Part shown: positions 38,427 through 48,250 of the stretch, piece by piece
How the letters are laid out: every line of letters begins with the position of its first letter
How positions within the stretch are numbered: position 1 is the stretch's first letter
Source of the DNA: a virus
DNA length: 64,000 bases
Strand: one strand, 5' to 3'
IMG/VR virus record: IMGVR_UViG_3300045988_121005
Notes under the pieces: model-generated
What the model saw: the letters and a program-made list of their open reading frames with translations, nothing else
Told to the model about the DNA's origin: nothing
Databases searched by the model: none
Program-made: the position numbers and the translations under genes

Positions 38427-38741
38427 CTAATCTGTTACTCTGTAATAATAATCAAGTTCTTCTCCCTTAAAGTTGTTCATGGCATACTCGTCAGCTTCTC
38501 GCCATAACCGGTCATACAGTGCAGCCAGTTCACGATTGCTTTCATAATGCTGCCATATTTTATGATTCAATACGAGCGTTAATTCCGTGAAGAACTTATA
38601 ATCGTCTTTCCATTCATTAAACGCACGTCTGTAGGTATCTTTGACACCTACTATACCATACTTGTCGGCTATACTAAAATCTTCCCAAAAGGTAGTCAGT
38701 AGGTTATAGCCCACTTCTTTCATAAATTCTTTGAATGTCAT
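38427..38741 (-). CDS. Hypothetical protein (104 aa).
   Basis: ORF. Confidence 0.5.
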   Translation of the reverse strand: MTFKEFMKEVGYNLLTTFWEDFSIADKYGIVGVKDTYRRAFNEWKDDYKFFTELTLVLNHKIWQHYESNRELAALYDRLWREADEYAMNNFKGEELDYYYRVTD

Positions 38742-38757
38742 AATCTAATTGTTATCC

Positions 38758-39516
38758 TTATTTCTTCCAACACCAAAAATTTATAGCATATTTATTACGA
38801 AGAGTAATGAAAATTTTTTCTCCACTTACCTGAGCAAGAACTTTCTCGCCAAGTATCCTTTCAAGAAGAGGTGCGTATTTTGCGTCAACAGGGAGATCTC
38901 TTGTCTCCGTTATTGGCTTGTACGGAAAAAATATCCTGTTCCCATATACCATTTTTAAATATAATCCATCCGGCGATTCAAATACGTCTTTCTTTGTTTG
39001 TCTCATCCCGGATTGTATTACCTTCTCTTTTAACGATCGGATATATGATTTCTCATTGACCTCATTTATCTTATCAATTACCTCTTTCTTAAATTCGTAA
39101 TACTCATATATACGACCTTTATAATCAGCCACCATTTCTTCAACCTTGCTTTTGGATGCCCATAGCCCGCAATACACATAGCAATCCAATAATCTATCTA
39201 CTGAAGAAATGCCAATAAGCATCATCTCAGAAAAAGAATTTCCTTCTTTTTCTAATTCTTCTCTGGCTCTATCTGTCACCGCATCCCACCATTGTCCTTC
39301 ACACTTCTCTACCTCTCCATTATCAAGTACGATATCGAACTTTCTGCCTCCGAAAGCTTCTCTTCTCTCATTTCTCTTTGCAAGGAAATCATAGAATATA
39401 CCTCCTATTCTTCCAATAATGGTATCATCTCCGTACTTTGTGCTAATTTTATCAGGCATTTCGTCGAAGACAAGAAACTTCGATTTTCCTGACTCTACTA
39501 AGTATAATAGCTTCAT
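38758..39516 (-). CDS. Hypothetical protein (252 aa).
   Basis: ORF. Confidence 0.55.
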   Translation of the reverse strand: MKLLYLVESGKSKFLVFDEMPDKISTKYGDDTIIGRIGGIFYDFLAKRNERREAFGGRKFDIVLDNGEVEKCEGQWWDAVTDRAREELEKEGNSFSEMMLIGISSVDRLLDCYVYCGLWASKSKVEEMVADYKGRIYEYYEFKKEVIDKINEVNEKSYIRSLKEKVIQSGMRQTKKDVFESPDGLYLKMVYGNRIFFPYKPITETRDLPVDAKYAPLLERILGEKVLAQVSGEKIFITLRNKYAINFWCWKK

Positions 39517-39527
39517 GATTTATCTCT

Positions 39528-40007
39528 TTAGATGTAAGTTATGCTGCCAACATTAATCTGCATTATATCGTTTTCCAGCGTAATGAAATTATTTTGTTTT
39601 ATGGGTCCAAACATCAATCCATATACACTTACTGTATTAAACAGCCTAACAGTGTGAAAATTTTCATTTAGCTCTACCCTGTTTTTATCCCAATATCCCA
39701 AATCGTTGATAGTCGCCGGGAATCCTCCTATATCGTTATGCCTGTAGTAATCGTTTTTATTGAAAACGATTCCCTTTATTAACAGGTTACCGATGCTTTT
39801 CATGTTGAATCCGGACAACGCGATCTGCTCTGAGATATAACTAATCAAACAGTTATGATACGTGTTTGGCCTATCTCCTCTCTCGTTAATAATTTTCTTC
39901 CATTTCTTCGTTAATGGAACCCTAATATCCATATATGTACCAAATACGACTATGTTAGGACATTCTCCTTCAAACTTCGTTAAATCTTCTACTTTCATAA
40001 TTAACAA
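39528..40007 (-). CDS. Hypothetical protein (159 aa).
   Basis: ORF. Confidence 0.5.
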   Translation of the reverse strand: MLIMKVEDLTKFEGECPNIVVFGTYMDIRVPLTKKWKKIINERGDRPNTYHNCLISYISEQIALSGFNMKSIGNLLIKGIVFNKNDYYRHNDIGGFPATINDLGYWDKNRVELNENFHTVRLFNTVSVYGLMFGPIKQNNFITLENDIMQINVGSITYI

Positions 40008-40100
40008 ACATTTGTATTGTTTTCGTTGTTCACTATCTGATTAATGTATGATCCTGGCCACGAACAGCCAGGCTGACCTCATAGCAGGACGGGCGCTGCC

Positions 40101-40289
40101 CTACTCTAGCTGTTCTACCCACTCTCTGTACCCTACGTTAAAACCAATAGGATCATACCTTTTGATCATAGTACCATAATTCTCTCTACCGCAATACCTG
40201 TTTTTTCCTCCAATAATCCATCTCTCATCGTCTCTATCTGGAGATATGGAGTTAAGATACTTTTCATAATCCTTTCTACTCTTTCCCAT
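40101..40289 (-). CDS. Hypothetical small protein.
   Basis: ORF. Confidence 0.35.
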   Translation of the reverse strand: MGKSRKDYEKYLNSISPDRDDERWIIGGKNRYCGRENYGTMIKRYDPIGFNVGYREWVEQLE

Positions 40290-40635
40290 CTTTGTCTTGA
40301 TTTAAACAATAGTTAATAAAATAAGCAACCTGTTCATTTTCCCCTGTATTATCAAAATCACCTAAAGTCATATCATCATAATCCAGCAGAACCATACGAA
40401 AACCGTTTTTTTTGACATACACCTCCGTTAAAAACATAGGAATCCCAGCAATTTCTATTATCACCGGAAACTGATCATCAAAGTCAAACGCATTATTATC
40501 TTCTCCCCATTTTTTAAATTTTAGCTTTATACTTCCACCGTTCTCCACTAATGCCTCTTTGATGTACTTTAATCTTTTTGCATTCAGATCAATCTCTGCT
40601 TTTTCTATTTCTTTGTACAATTCATTCAGATCCAT
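40276..40635 (-). CDS. Hypothetical protein (119 aa).
   Basis: ORF. Confidence 0.5.
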   Translation of the reverse strand: MDLNELYKEIEKAEIDLNAKRLKYIKEALVENGGSIKLKFKKWGEDNNAFDFDDQFPVIIEIAGIPMFLTEVYVKKNGFRMVLLDYDDMTLGDFDNTGENEQVAYFINYCLNQDKDGKE

Positions 40636-41137
40636 ATTCCACTATATTTATGTTGTCAAATTTTTCTTTTATAACATCCAAGGCTCCACACTCGTTTGTT
40701 ATCATAGCATGCATCCCTGGCTTCATTCTCCACAGATTAAAATACCTTGTCACATTCATAGTGGCATTAAATAATGATATTTCATATCTTGTGTTTCCAT
40801 TTTTATCACGCCCTATGTTTTTAATATAACATATGTCTGGCTTGTATTTGAAATAATTAAAAAGCCTATACCATCCCTTCCCGTTACATGTTTCACGATT
40901 CCATATTCCAGCAAGCTTCCTATATCCCCTTACTGGTATTTTCTTTATTTCTTTTGGTACGATCTTGACATACTTTCCTTCTCCGATTGGTATGGTCATA
41001 TTACCTGCCTCTTCAGTACAAAAGTATTCTATTTCAGATGCCATTCCTTTATACACATAGAACCGGTATAAGTTCCCGTCAGGGTCTACCCGATCCATGT
41101 AATATAATATCACTTTGTCTACTTTTATCTTTTTCAT
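40622..41137 (-). CDS. Hypothetical protein (171 aa).
   Basis: ORF. Confidence 0.5.
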   Translation of the reverse strand: MKKIKVDKVILYYMDRVDPDGNLYRFYVYKGMASEIEYFCTEEAGNMTIPIGEGKYVKIVPKEIKKIPVRGYRKLAGIWNRETCNGKGWYRLFNYFKYKPDICYIKNIGRDKNGNTRYEISLFNATMNVTRYFNLWRMKPGMHAMITNECGALDVIKEKFDNINIVEYGSE

Positions 41138-41385
41138 TCCTTTATTCTACTTATCTTTAAATTGTTATTCCCACAGTATTCCTTCAGCCAACTATCCGTT
41201 AGATAACGATTAACTCTATCGTATTTCTTTTTCGGACCCTTGCTCCAGAATTTCCATTCGTTTGTGATATTGTACCCATATTTATCAAACCAATAGATAT
41301 AATACACTACGTTACCATATAAATCCACTCTTTTTCTTTCCTGTATGACTACCTCGTAAGGTATCTTCTTGTCTCTTTTCTCCAT
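41134..41385 (-). CDS. Hypothetical protein (83 aa).
   Basis: ORF; 4-nt overlap. Confidence 0.45.
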   Translation of the reverse strand: MEKRDKKIPYEVVIQERKRVDLYGNVVYYIYWFDKYGYNITNEWKFWSKGPKKKYDRVNRYLTDSWLKEYCGNNNLKISRIKE

Positions 41386-41462
41386 CTTTGTCCTCCTTTA
41401 TTGAATAAAAAAACGGCACCTATCTTCGCAGACCAGTGCCGGCAACTAACTTACATGGAAAA

Positions 41463-41873
41463 CTACTTAACCTCAACTAATTCTACAGAGCCGTAGAATT
41501 TAGTGAAGCTACCAACAAATTCTCTTATATTTTTATATTCTTCTGGTCGTTTTCTGTTACCATCTTTTATATAATTCACCCACAGTCTATCCTCTATGTT
41601 CTTAATCGCATTCTCTATCGTAAATTCGTCGCTGACGCTCATTAAACACGAAGACCCGGTTTTCTTATGTGGTTTATATATCCTTGAAAAAGACCACATT
41701 TTTATTCTATCATATATATATCCGTTGTTGGGATAAACGAATCCTATCCGGCTGTCACCTTCTTTAGCGTAAAACACACCTGGCTCCTTCCCGCCCTTTC
41801 TATATACTACAAATCCTTTTTCTTTTAGGATATTAACCACTTTATCTAATTTATTTTCTACGTTCATTTTCAT
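41463..41873 (-). CDS. Hypothetical protein (136 aa).
   Basis: ORF. Confidence 0.5.
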   Translation of the reverse strand: MKMNVENKLDKVVNILKEKGFVVYRKGGKEPGVFYAKEGDSRIGFVYPNNGYIYDRIKMWSFSRIYKPHKKTGSSCLMSVSDEFTIENAIKNIEDRLWVNYIKDGNRKRPEEYKNIREFVGSFTKFYGSVELVEVK

Positions 41874-42324
41874 GCAAAAATTTAAAAACGACTCTCATTA
41901 TAGTTGCGAAGTTCTCTACCTTAATCCACTCATGAGCTACTGCTCTAAGTACAGACGTTTCATATGTTGGAATATTGTCTTCTTCAAGCACCTTACAAGA
42001 AGCCAGAACTCCTTCGGTCGGCTTTAGTCCACGGTCATGCAGCTCGCGGAGACCGTCTGGCCGGCGGAATGCGCACCACCCGTCTTTCTCTGTCGGCTGG
42101 ATCATCGCTATTGGTTTTTCCTTCACTGCAAGATACCCTACCATCCACATTGTTTCTTTTAACCTATCAGCGTATCCGGCATCTATGATAGCCTCTATGT
42201 CTTTTGGCGTACCAATACAAGGAACCTTACACATGTTCTTGCATTTATCACATGTACAAGGTTGCTCCCATCTATTATGATCTATGCCTACCAACTTCTT
42301 TATCCGTTCTACTTCCTCTTTCAT
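41851..42324 (-). CDS. Hypothetical Cys-containing protein (157 aa).
   Basis: CTCDKCKNMCKVPC cluster. Confidence 0.5.
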   Translation of the reverse strand: MKEEVERIKKLVGIDHNRWEQPCTCDKCKNMCKVPCIGTPKDIEAIIDAGYADRLKETMWMVGYLAVKEKPIAMIQPTEKDGWCAFRRPDGLRELHDRGLKPTEGVLASCKVLEEDNIPTYETSVLRAVAHEWIKVENFATIMRVVFKFLHENERRK

Positions 42325-42325
42325 G

Positions 42326-42607
42326 TCACACTTCTTTCGTTAGTTTATCATAATATGCTTTCAATTCCGGTGAAGCATATTCCATAAATGCCTCAAATAA
42401 ACATGGTACTTCTACTATCGCGTATATAGCGCACCCTTTCATCGTTGAAAGCTGTTCAAGATCATTACTGTACAGGCACGTAACATAAGCACCTACATTA
42501 AATACATGTAAATCTATCCTTACGTATTCCATACATAAAGATAATGACTTAAACAAATCCTTTACATCATTCTTATCAAAGAGTTCTACAAATTCTCTCA
42601 ATTTCAT
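42326..42607 (-). CDS. Hypothetical protein (93 aa).
   Basis: ORF. Confidence 0.45.
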   Translation of the reverse strand: MKLREFVELFDKNDVKDLFKSLSLCMEYVRIDLHVFNVGAYVTCLYSNDLEQLSTMKGCAIYAIVEVPCLFEAFMEYASPELKAYYDKLTKEV

Positions 42608-42987
42608 CTTACTACCCTTTCCACGTGTTTAATTAATACTACTGCCATCCCTTTGCCGGTTTTTATCGCACATTCCGATCCTTTTATCCATTCTACACAT
42701 CCTACATACTTTTCTGTAGAATGAAAACCTGGATTGTATTTCCCGGATGTACTAAACTCTACCGTATCCCCTACCTTCAGATCCTCAAAAGCAATAGCCC
42801 ATGTGGTCCAAATTCTATCATGTCTTCCAGGCTGAATGGCTCCGATTACGCCTTTCTTACGACCGTTTTTTATTGCCTTTAGTATTATCTTTCTATCACC
42901 TTCAATAAGGCTGCAAAAACGCCCATAAAAGGTCAAATCAACCTGTTTTCCTCCTATTTCTTCTCTTATTTTTGTTATTCTGTTCAT
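42604..42987 (-). CDS. Hypothetical protein (127 aa).
   Basis: ORF; 4-nt overlap. Confidence 0.5.
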   Translation of the reverse strand: MNRITKIREEIGGKQVDLTFYGRFCSLIEGDRKIILKAIKNGRKKGVIGAIQPGRHDRIWTTWAIAFEDLKVGDTVEFSTSGKYNPGFHSTEKYVGCVEWIKGSECAIKTGKGMAVVLIKHVERVVR

Positions 42988-43211
42988 TTTCTGATTTTGT
43001 TTTATTTTTTTTCTTGTTTTTTCTATCTTCTATAGAAGATGATAATAACATTATCTTTTCTATGTTACTTTTTGACTGTAAAAAAGAATCGCATTTCATT
43101 ACTACTACGATCTTCTTAAGTTCCCCATTATCATACAGCGATACACGCATCATGTTTTGCGCCTCGTCCACTATCAGACCTGGAGTAGTCTTAGCCATTT
43201 TGCGTAGCTTA

Positions 43212-43496
43212 TTATACTCCGGTCTTTCCATTTCCTCTGTTTATTACTCTATAGTATTTATCTTTATCTCCCTCTTCCAACTTCTCCAAATAGAAAATTC
43301 CATCATGCAAATGAGACAAACAAAACCTGTATCCGTATTTCTGCGTTCTTCTTACATGATCCCGCAATCTTATCTCTTCACTTTTGTCTTGTACTTTGAT
43401 TTTAATACTGTCTCCTTCTTTGATTGTGTATAAAATAGTTTGAATCTCTTCTTTTTTCATCTTATAAAATATTTTAACGGCAGCACCTATACTCAC
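43212..43496 (-). CDS. Hypothetical protein (94 aa).
   Basis: ORF. Confidence 0.45.
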   Translation of the reverse strand: MSIGAAVKIFYKMKKEEIQTILYTIKEGDSIKIKVQDKSEEIRLRDHVRRTQKYGYRFCLSHLHDGIFYLEKLEEGDKDKYYRVINRGNGKTGV

Positions 43497-43523
43497 GCAC
43501 CACTACTGCCTTATGTTTAACAA

Positions 43524-44333
43524 TTAAATACTTAACTCTTCAATGGTCAAGCCTTTTTCTTTTGCCCATTTTAACATCGAGCATAATTCTGTTTCTGATT
43601 TATATTTCGGATCACGCCACGCCCATCCGAATTTATCCAGGACATGATGATATAATTCGTCGGCCTTTGCCGTGTAAATGTCTTTGAATAAATGCTCCGA
43701 ACCTTCCGGTATAAGCATCTCTGTTGTTGCAAAATCGGAATACGATAAACATCCGTAAGCATATTCTGTTATTTCACTCCACGCTTCTCCGGCTTTAAAT
43801 CCAAATTCTTTTACAAAAGCCAAAGTTAGATACATATTTAATAATATTGTTACATCATATCCCGAATCTGACTTTCTTTCTATTATTTTCTTTTCAAATT
43901 CCTTTAAATCTTCAGGTCCTAAAAAGATGTATCCTGATACCGACCGATAATTAGCCTCCGCATACTTCTTGCATTTATCATCATTAACAATCTTACCAAT
44001 GTTAGATAACATCTTTTGCCTCCATTCATCACAAAACTCTACCTCTACGTTTATCCAATCGGTACCATAATTGTATTCTTTTGGATGTCCGACCGATATT
44101 ACCTTTATGTTATTCACACCATATTCATAAAGGCGTTCGCCCACCTTATTCGCCCATTCCTGTACAAAAGGAATAAACTTATTGCAATAAGAATCAAAAT
44201 CAAAATCTAATTCCTCCTCATATTCCGGCATCTCTTCATAATCTTGTTCAAAGAAATAGCGAGGATCTGCTATTGTTTCATAGAAACTTACGTTAATGAA
44301 ACAAAACTCGTTGGTTGTCGTTTTTAATATCAT
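43524..44333 (-). CDS. Hypothetical protein (269 aa).
   Basis: ORF. Confidence 0.55.
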   Translation of the reverse strand: MILKTTTNEFCFINVSFYETIADPRYFFEQDYEEMPEYEEELDFDFDSYCNKFIPFVQEWANKVGERLYEYGVNNIKVISVGHPKEYNYGTDWINVEVEFCDEWRQKMLSNIGKIVNDDKCKKYAEANYRSVSGYIFLGPEDLKEFEKKIIERKSDSGYDVTILLNMYLTLAFVKEFGFKAGEAWSEITEYAYGCLSYSDFATTEMLIPEGSEHLFKDIYTAKADELYHHVLDKFGWAWRDPKYKSETELCSMLKWAKEKGLTIEELSI

Positions 44334-44584
44334 AGCTTTTTGTATTTACGTACATTTTTCTTGCCATAGAATCTACACATGGCACGAATCTGACTATAAA
44401 ATACTTTTGTCCTCCTGGCCTCAAAGTATTTAAACATTTCTTCATTCTTTGTTTCCCACACGTAATCCGTTTGAGAACTCATGTGATTTTTGTCCTTGCG
44501 TGAATAATGGTAATATGATACCACAACACGTTTCGCACCATTCTTTACAGGTACGATATTCACATCTATATTATTATCTGTCAT
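44330..44584 (-). CDS. Hypothetical protein (84 aa).
   Basis: ORF; 4-nt overlap. Confidence 0.45.
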   Translation of the reverse strand: MTDNNIDVNIVPVKNGAKRVVVSYYHYSRKDKNHMSSQTDYVWETKNEEMFKYFEARRTKVFYSQIRAMCRFYGKKNVRKYKKL

Positions 44585-44703
44585 ATTATTATCGTTTTAT
44601 ATATTATACAAATACAAAGAGCGCATACCTTCACAGGCCGGCGCTCTTTTCAATAAAAATGAAAAAACTAACATTACATAAACATATTGTTTTCTGCTCT
44701 TTA

Positions 44704-44937
44704 TTACAATACTTTTGTCCCACAATTGTTATATCGTCCGTACTCTTTTTTCGTATCATTCAAGATTTCAAACACCATCTTCTTATGATCTTTGTTTGGT
44801 AACTTGTCTTTAACAGCCGATATCACGCTCGCTATAGACGTAAAGCCTGAATCTGTTATTGAACACAACAACAAACCTCTGTCGTCGTCTGTGCTTATCG
44901 CTGACGCCTTTATAATATCATTCCTATATATTCTCAT
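44704..44937 (-). CDS. Hypothetical protein (77 aa).
   Basis: ORF. Confidence 0.4.
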   Translation of the reverse strand: MRIYRNDIIKASAISTDDDRGLLLCSITDSGFTSIASVISAVKDKLPNKDHKKMVFEILNDTKKEYGRYNNCGTKVL

Positions 44938-45115
44938 AATCTTTCGTTTTATTGTCTACAAACTTATCTATATCGTCTCTTATTCTTTTTAGCACTCCGG
45001 CTATAATTTCCGGCATCTCTCCTTCGGTACGGTTCAGAGTTTCTATCACCCCATCAATCCTACCAATTTGACGCCATAAGAAATTGGCGTCTTTCGCATT
45101 AAATTCCCTCATCAT
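44924..45115 (-). CDS. Hypothetical protein (63 aa).
   Basis: ORF. Confidence 0.35.
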   Translation of the reverse strand: MMREFNAKDANFLWRQIGRIDGVIETLNRTEGEMPEIIAGVLKRIRDDIDKFVDNKTKDYENI

Positions 45116-45347
45116 GTCTTATTTTACAGTAAACAACTTGCTTTTTTAAGCACCAGTCTTGCGATTCTGAGAGTGAACACCGTTCGGAGTTGTTAAAAAA
45201 TATACAATCTTTGCAGAACATAAGAGGATCTTCGTCGTCACCAACTACTTTGACATCATACTCTATACCATACAATTTTAATCTAAATACATCTCCTGTT
45301 TTTTTAGAAGACAAATCCATGTTCGGACCGAATGTTATTACTTCCAT
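45099..45347 (-). CDS. Small Cys-rich protein (paralogue family).
   Basis: CKDCIF motif; the N-terminus resembles that of ORF 46530..46790. Confidence 0.5.
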   Translation of the reverse strand: MEVITFGPNMDLSSKKTGDVFRLKLYGIEYDVKVVGDDEDPLMFCKDCIFFNNSERCSLSESQDWCLKKQVVYCKIRHDEGI

Positions 45348-45365
45348 ATAATTATGTTTTATTGT

Positions 45366-45452
45366 TTGTGAGATGCCCAGAATCGAACCAGGACCGGCAC
45401 ATACATACCGGCACGCCGCGCCATCCCTCTATGATACACAAATAGACATGCC
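45366..45452 (-). ncRNA. tRNA-like element; a non-canonical or interrupted tRNA.
   Basis: Minus-strand T-arm CCUGG-UUCGAUU-CUGGG, which pairs only in the minus-strand transcript. It is followed by a CAUCUCA acceptor strand. GC-rich island in AT-rich DNA. No full cloverleaf could be folded by hand. Confidence 0.4.
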
Positions 45453-45520
45453 TATTCTCACGAACCGACATGCCAAAACCCAAAACTTAATTTGATGAAT
45501 AAAATAGATTAACAAAAATA

Positions 45521-45835
45521 CTATTCTAACTCTTTTATAATATCTTTCACAATATTCAGCCTTACCTCCTTCGTTTCTGGACTAATGCAACCAAACCACC
45601 CATAAAACGTTCTTGTTTCCTCTGGTTCTGTGGCCATACTTATCTTCTCCTCCAATTCCGGGAAATATATTCTCACCATTTCGTCTGAACGAAACCCATA
45701 GATATTTTTATGTTTTTTGAAATACATAAACACTACATTTCTTAACGCAACACATATGTATTCCCCATCCTCTTGCCTATCAATCATCTCATATACCTTT
45801 TTCCATATGAATAATCGCTCTTCTTTTGTAAACAT
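45521..45835 (-). CDS. Hypothetical protein (104 aa).
   Basis: ORF. Confidence 0.5.
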   Translation of the reverse strand: MFTKEERLFIWKKVYEMIDRQEDGEYICVALRNVVFMYFKKHKNIYGFRSDEMVRIYFPELEEKISMATEPEETRTFYGWFGCISPETKEVRLNIVKDIIKELE

Positions 45836-45850
45836 ATCTCTCTTCGTTTT

Positions 45851-46192
45851 TTATAGTATTATTAGACTGTATGCAGACTTTTCCATGTACACAATATTAT
45901 GCTCCTGTCCAAACATTTTCTTTGCTGCCTCTTTCTTTATCGCACAATATCTTCCTGTGCGATACGGATTCTTTTGATCTGAGCCATCTTCGACTTCGAT
46001 AATAAAACAACCTCCTTCGTCTATTATCTTTTTGCAATTGTCACATACTTCGCCCGTGCATATATGATGCGGCGCCTGCCCTTTAATCCCATTTCCTAAT
46101 AAAGCAATCCCCATCTCTTCACCGCATACTATACATATTTCTATGGATGGATTAACTCCATACTCTGGGTGTAATACAATTCCGTCTTTCAT
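45851..46192 (-). CDS. Hypothetical Cys-rich protein; start trimmed to MKDGIVL.
   Basis: Strong RBS (AAGGAGGAAAG) precedes the ATG at 46192. The N-terminal extension of the ORF-track entry overlaps the tRNA-like element. Confidence 0.5.
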   Translation of the reverse strand: MKDGIVLHPEYGVNPSIEICIVCGEEMGIALLGNGIKGQAPHHICTGEVCDNCKKIIDEGGCFIIEVEDGSDQKNPYRTGRYCAIKKEAAKKMFGQEHNIVYMEKSAYSLIIL

Positions 46193-46220
46193 TTTTCTTT
46201 CCTCCTTTATTTTTAATATT

Positions 46221-46292
46221 GTGTGAGATCGCCGGAATCGAACCAGCCTACTGCACCATGAATCCCATAAAGCAAATGCTCCGATCTTCGCA
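46221..46292 (-). ncRNA. tRNA-like element.
   Basis: T-arm GCUGG-UUCGAUU-CCGGC. It is compensatory only on the minus strand. It lacks a clean acceptor and D-arm. Confidence 0.4.
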
Positions 46293-46529
46293 GACGGGAG
46301 CACTCTGTCTAAAGCATAAGAAAATTAATGAAGAAAATTCTTCTCACGCCATAGCGTCTAAAATAGATATCAATACCATTTCAATAACGAGCATGATAGA
46401 AAATATCTTAAATGCCTTTTTCATATCGCTATCTCCTCCTTTTTATTTTCACGTTCCACAATAAACTATTCCGGCTCTGCTTTGACCTACGTTCCACCTA
46501 CAACCGCAGGCCTTAGCCCAAGGCGCCGC

Positions 46530-46790
46530 CTACTCCCCCTCTATGGCAGCCTGTTCGTACCTACAAATCCGGTCTCCATCTACACAACTAACACTACGCG
46601 ATAACAAACATTTATCCTTATAACAATCATAAAAAATACACCTCTCACAACCGTAATCCTTAACGTCTACACAGCTAACTACCTTAGCATATACTATACC
46701 ATCACTGCCTTCTATTCCTTTCACCCCAAAAATAGAACCTTCTCCCTCCTTACTCAAATCTAAGTCAGGCGCAAAGTCATATACGTTCAT
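46530..46790 (-). CDS. Small Cys-rich protein (paralogue family).
   Basis: CERCIF motif. Confidence 0.5.
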   Translation of the reverse strand: MNVYDFAPDLDLSKEGEGSIFGVKGIEGSDGIVYAKVVSCVDVKDYGCERCIFYDCYKDKCLLSRSVSCVDGDRICRYEQAAIEGE

Positions 46791-46861
46791 GTTGTTTATG
46801 TTTTAATTGTTATACATTCCGATTACTACTAATCTATAGAATATAGTTTTCAACTCTCAAC

Positions 46862-47029
46862 CTATTGAATTTTGTAGAATAAACTCACATTATGCCGTTT
46901 TAAAGCACTGTAAGTCTTAATTTTGTTGGAAAACCATACATAATGCTGTTTTAAAACGCTGATCTGTTGAATTTTGTTGGAAGGAAGTTGAATTTTGTTG
47001 GAAGGAAGTTGAATTTTGTTGGAAGGAAG
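46862..47029. repeat. Direct repeats: 3 perfect tandem copies of the 21-bp unit TTGAATTTTGTTGGAAGGAAG, plus degenerate upstream copies. Followed by a C-rich tract (47030-47060).
   Basis: Seen directly in the sequence. Lies in an ORF-free region of about 1 kb. Confidence 0.8.
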
Positions 47030-47721
47030 TGCCCTCCCTCCCCCCCTCTCCAACCCCGGCTAATCCTCCGACTTTCTGCATAGAACCTGCGCTCTCGGCC
47101 TCACTACAGGCATACGGAGAGCGCTACAAGCTTATACTATGGCATGGGATATGGGGTGTTTAGAGATAATATCATTCCATAGAGAGAATAGAGAGCCTTC
47201 AGCCCACGCCCTACCGTCTGCTCCTCCTATCAAGATAGATATTCAAACCTATAATCAAAGCCAAAAACAAAAAGCAAAAGACCATTACAACATTATACTG
47301 ATCCGCTCCGTACTCCAACATAGAACGAATACCAACCGACAGAAAATAAAGATCAGCGACTAATAAAAACCACCACATAAAACAAAAAATTTACAATAAG
47401 TATGTCCGAAAATACGGGTATTATAAAACATAACTAATTGATAATCAGACATACCTTATTTTTAAGAAAAATACAATAAGCCTAATTTTCAATCCATAGA
47501 GACGAAAAAGGCGGCATCCGGCACCATATTTTGGGTCAGAAAACCGCCTACAGTTTCGTTTTAGACCAATTTTAACGACAATATATAGACAAAATACCGG
47601 CATTATATCCAAACAGCCTTATTTTTGTTTCGATTTGAACCAATATACGCATTCCTACCTTGTTTGTCGTCGTGTTCACTCTCAGAATATCTTACCCTTA
47701 AATAGAAAGAGTAGGATACGA

Positions 47722-47756
47722 AAATAGGGCTGCTCCGATATTCGGAACAACCCTAT
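47722..47756 (-). terminator. Stem-loop or terminator downstream of the minus-strand ORF 47763..47969.
   Basis: AATAGGG...CCCTATT stem with an inner TCCGATATTCGGA palindrome. Confidence 0.4.
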
Positions 47757-47762
47757 TCCTGT

Positions 47763-47969
47763 TTAAATACTGTTTATGTTCTCCTTCACGTATGTTCGTG
47801 ATGTATGGACTTTACGTTTGCATTTGTCCTTTCCTGTATCGGCATGATACGCTTCTTTGAGATCACGATACAACATAAATTCACGATACGCTCTTTTCCG
47901 CTTTTCTTTAGCTTCTTTCCTGGACAGACCGCGGACGTCTACCATATGAGATTTAAATTTCCTTTCCAT
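47763..47969 (-). CDS. Highly basic small protein (68 aa).
   Basis: K/R-rich ORF. Confidence 0.4.
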   Translation of the reverse strand: MERKFKSHMVDVRGLSRKEAKEKRKRAYREFMLYRDLKEAYHADTGKDKCKRKVHTSRTYVKENINSI

Positions 47970-48186
47970 TTTCTTTATGCTTTAATTATGATTAACCCCA
48001 GCGGTTAAGTGCTTCAATATAGAAACCCTCCGCCTCTTTGTACTCACTTTCGCTTAATGTTTCCACCGTATCTATGTAGTTACGCAATGTTATTTTTACG
48101 CAACTGTTTTTAGATTTATTGAACGCTTCAGTTAAAGCGTTAATCATTGCTTTCTTTTCCATGCTATTATATTATTTATAATTTAG

Positions 48187-48250
48187 AGGTTGCTCTGGAA
48201 TCGAACCAGACACGCATTCCTATTCTATACGAATTTTATGCTACAACCAA
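48187..48250 (-). ncRNA. tRNA-like element.
   Basis: Perfect T-arm UCUGG-UUCGAUU-CCAGA followed by an AGCAACC acceptor strand that pairs with an upstream GGUUGUA. At about 62 nt it is too short for a canonical tRNA. Confidence 0.4.

Noticed and set aside
45851-46303. Full-length 150-aa version of the ORF extending over the tRNA-like element at 46221-46292.
   Set aside because: A strong RBS precedes the internal Met at 46192. The extension has no RBS and overlaps a structured RNA, so the gene was trimmed to 45851..46192.
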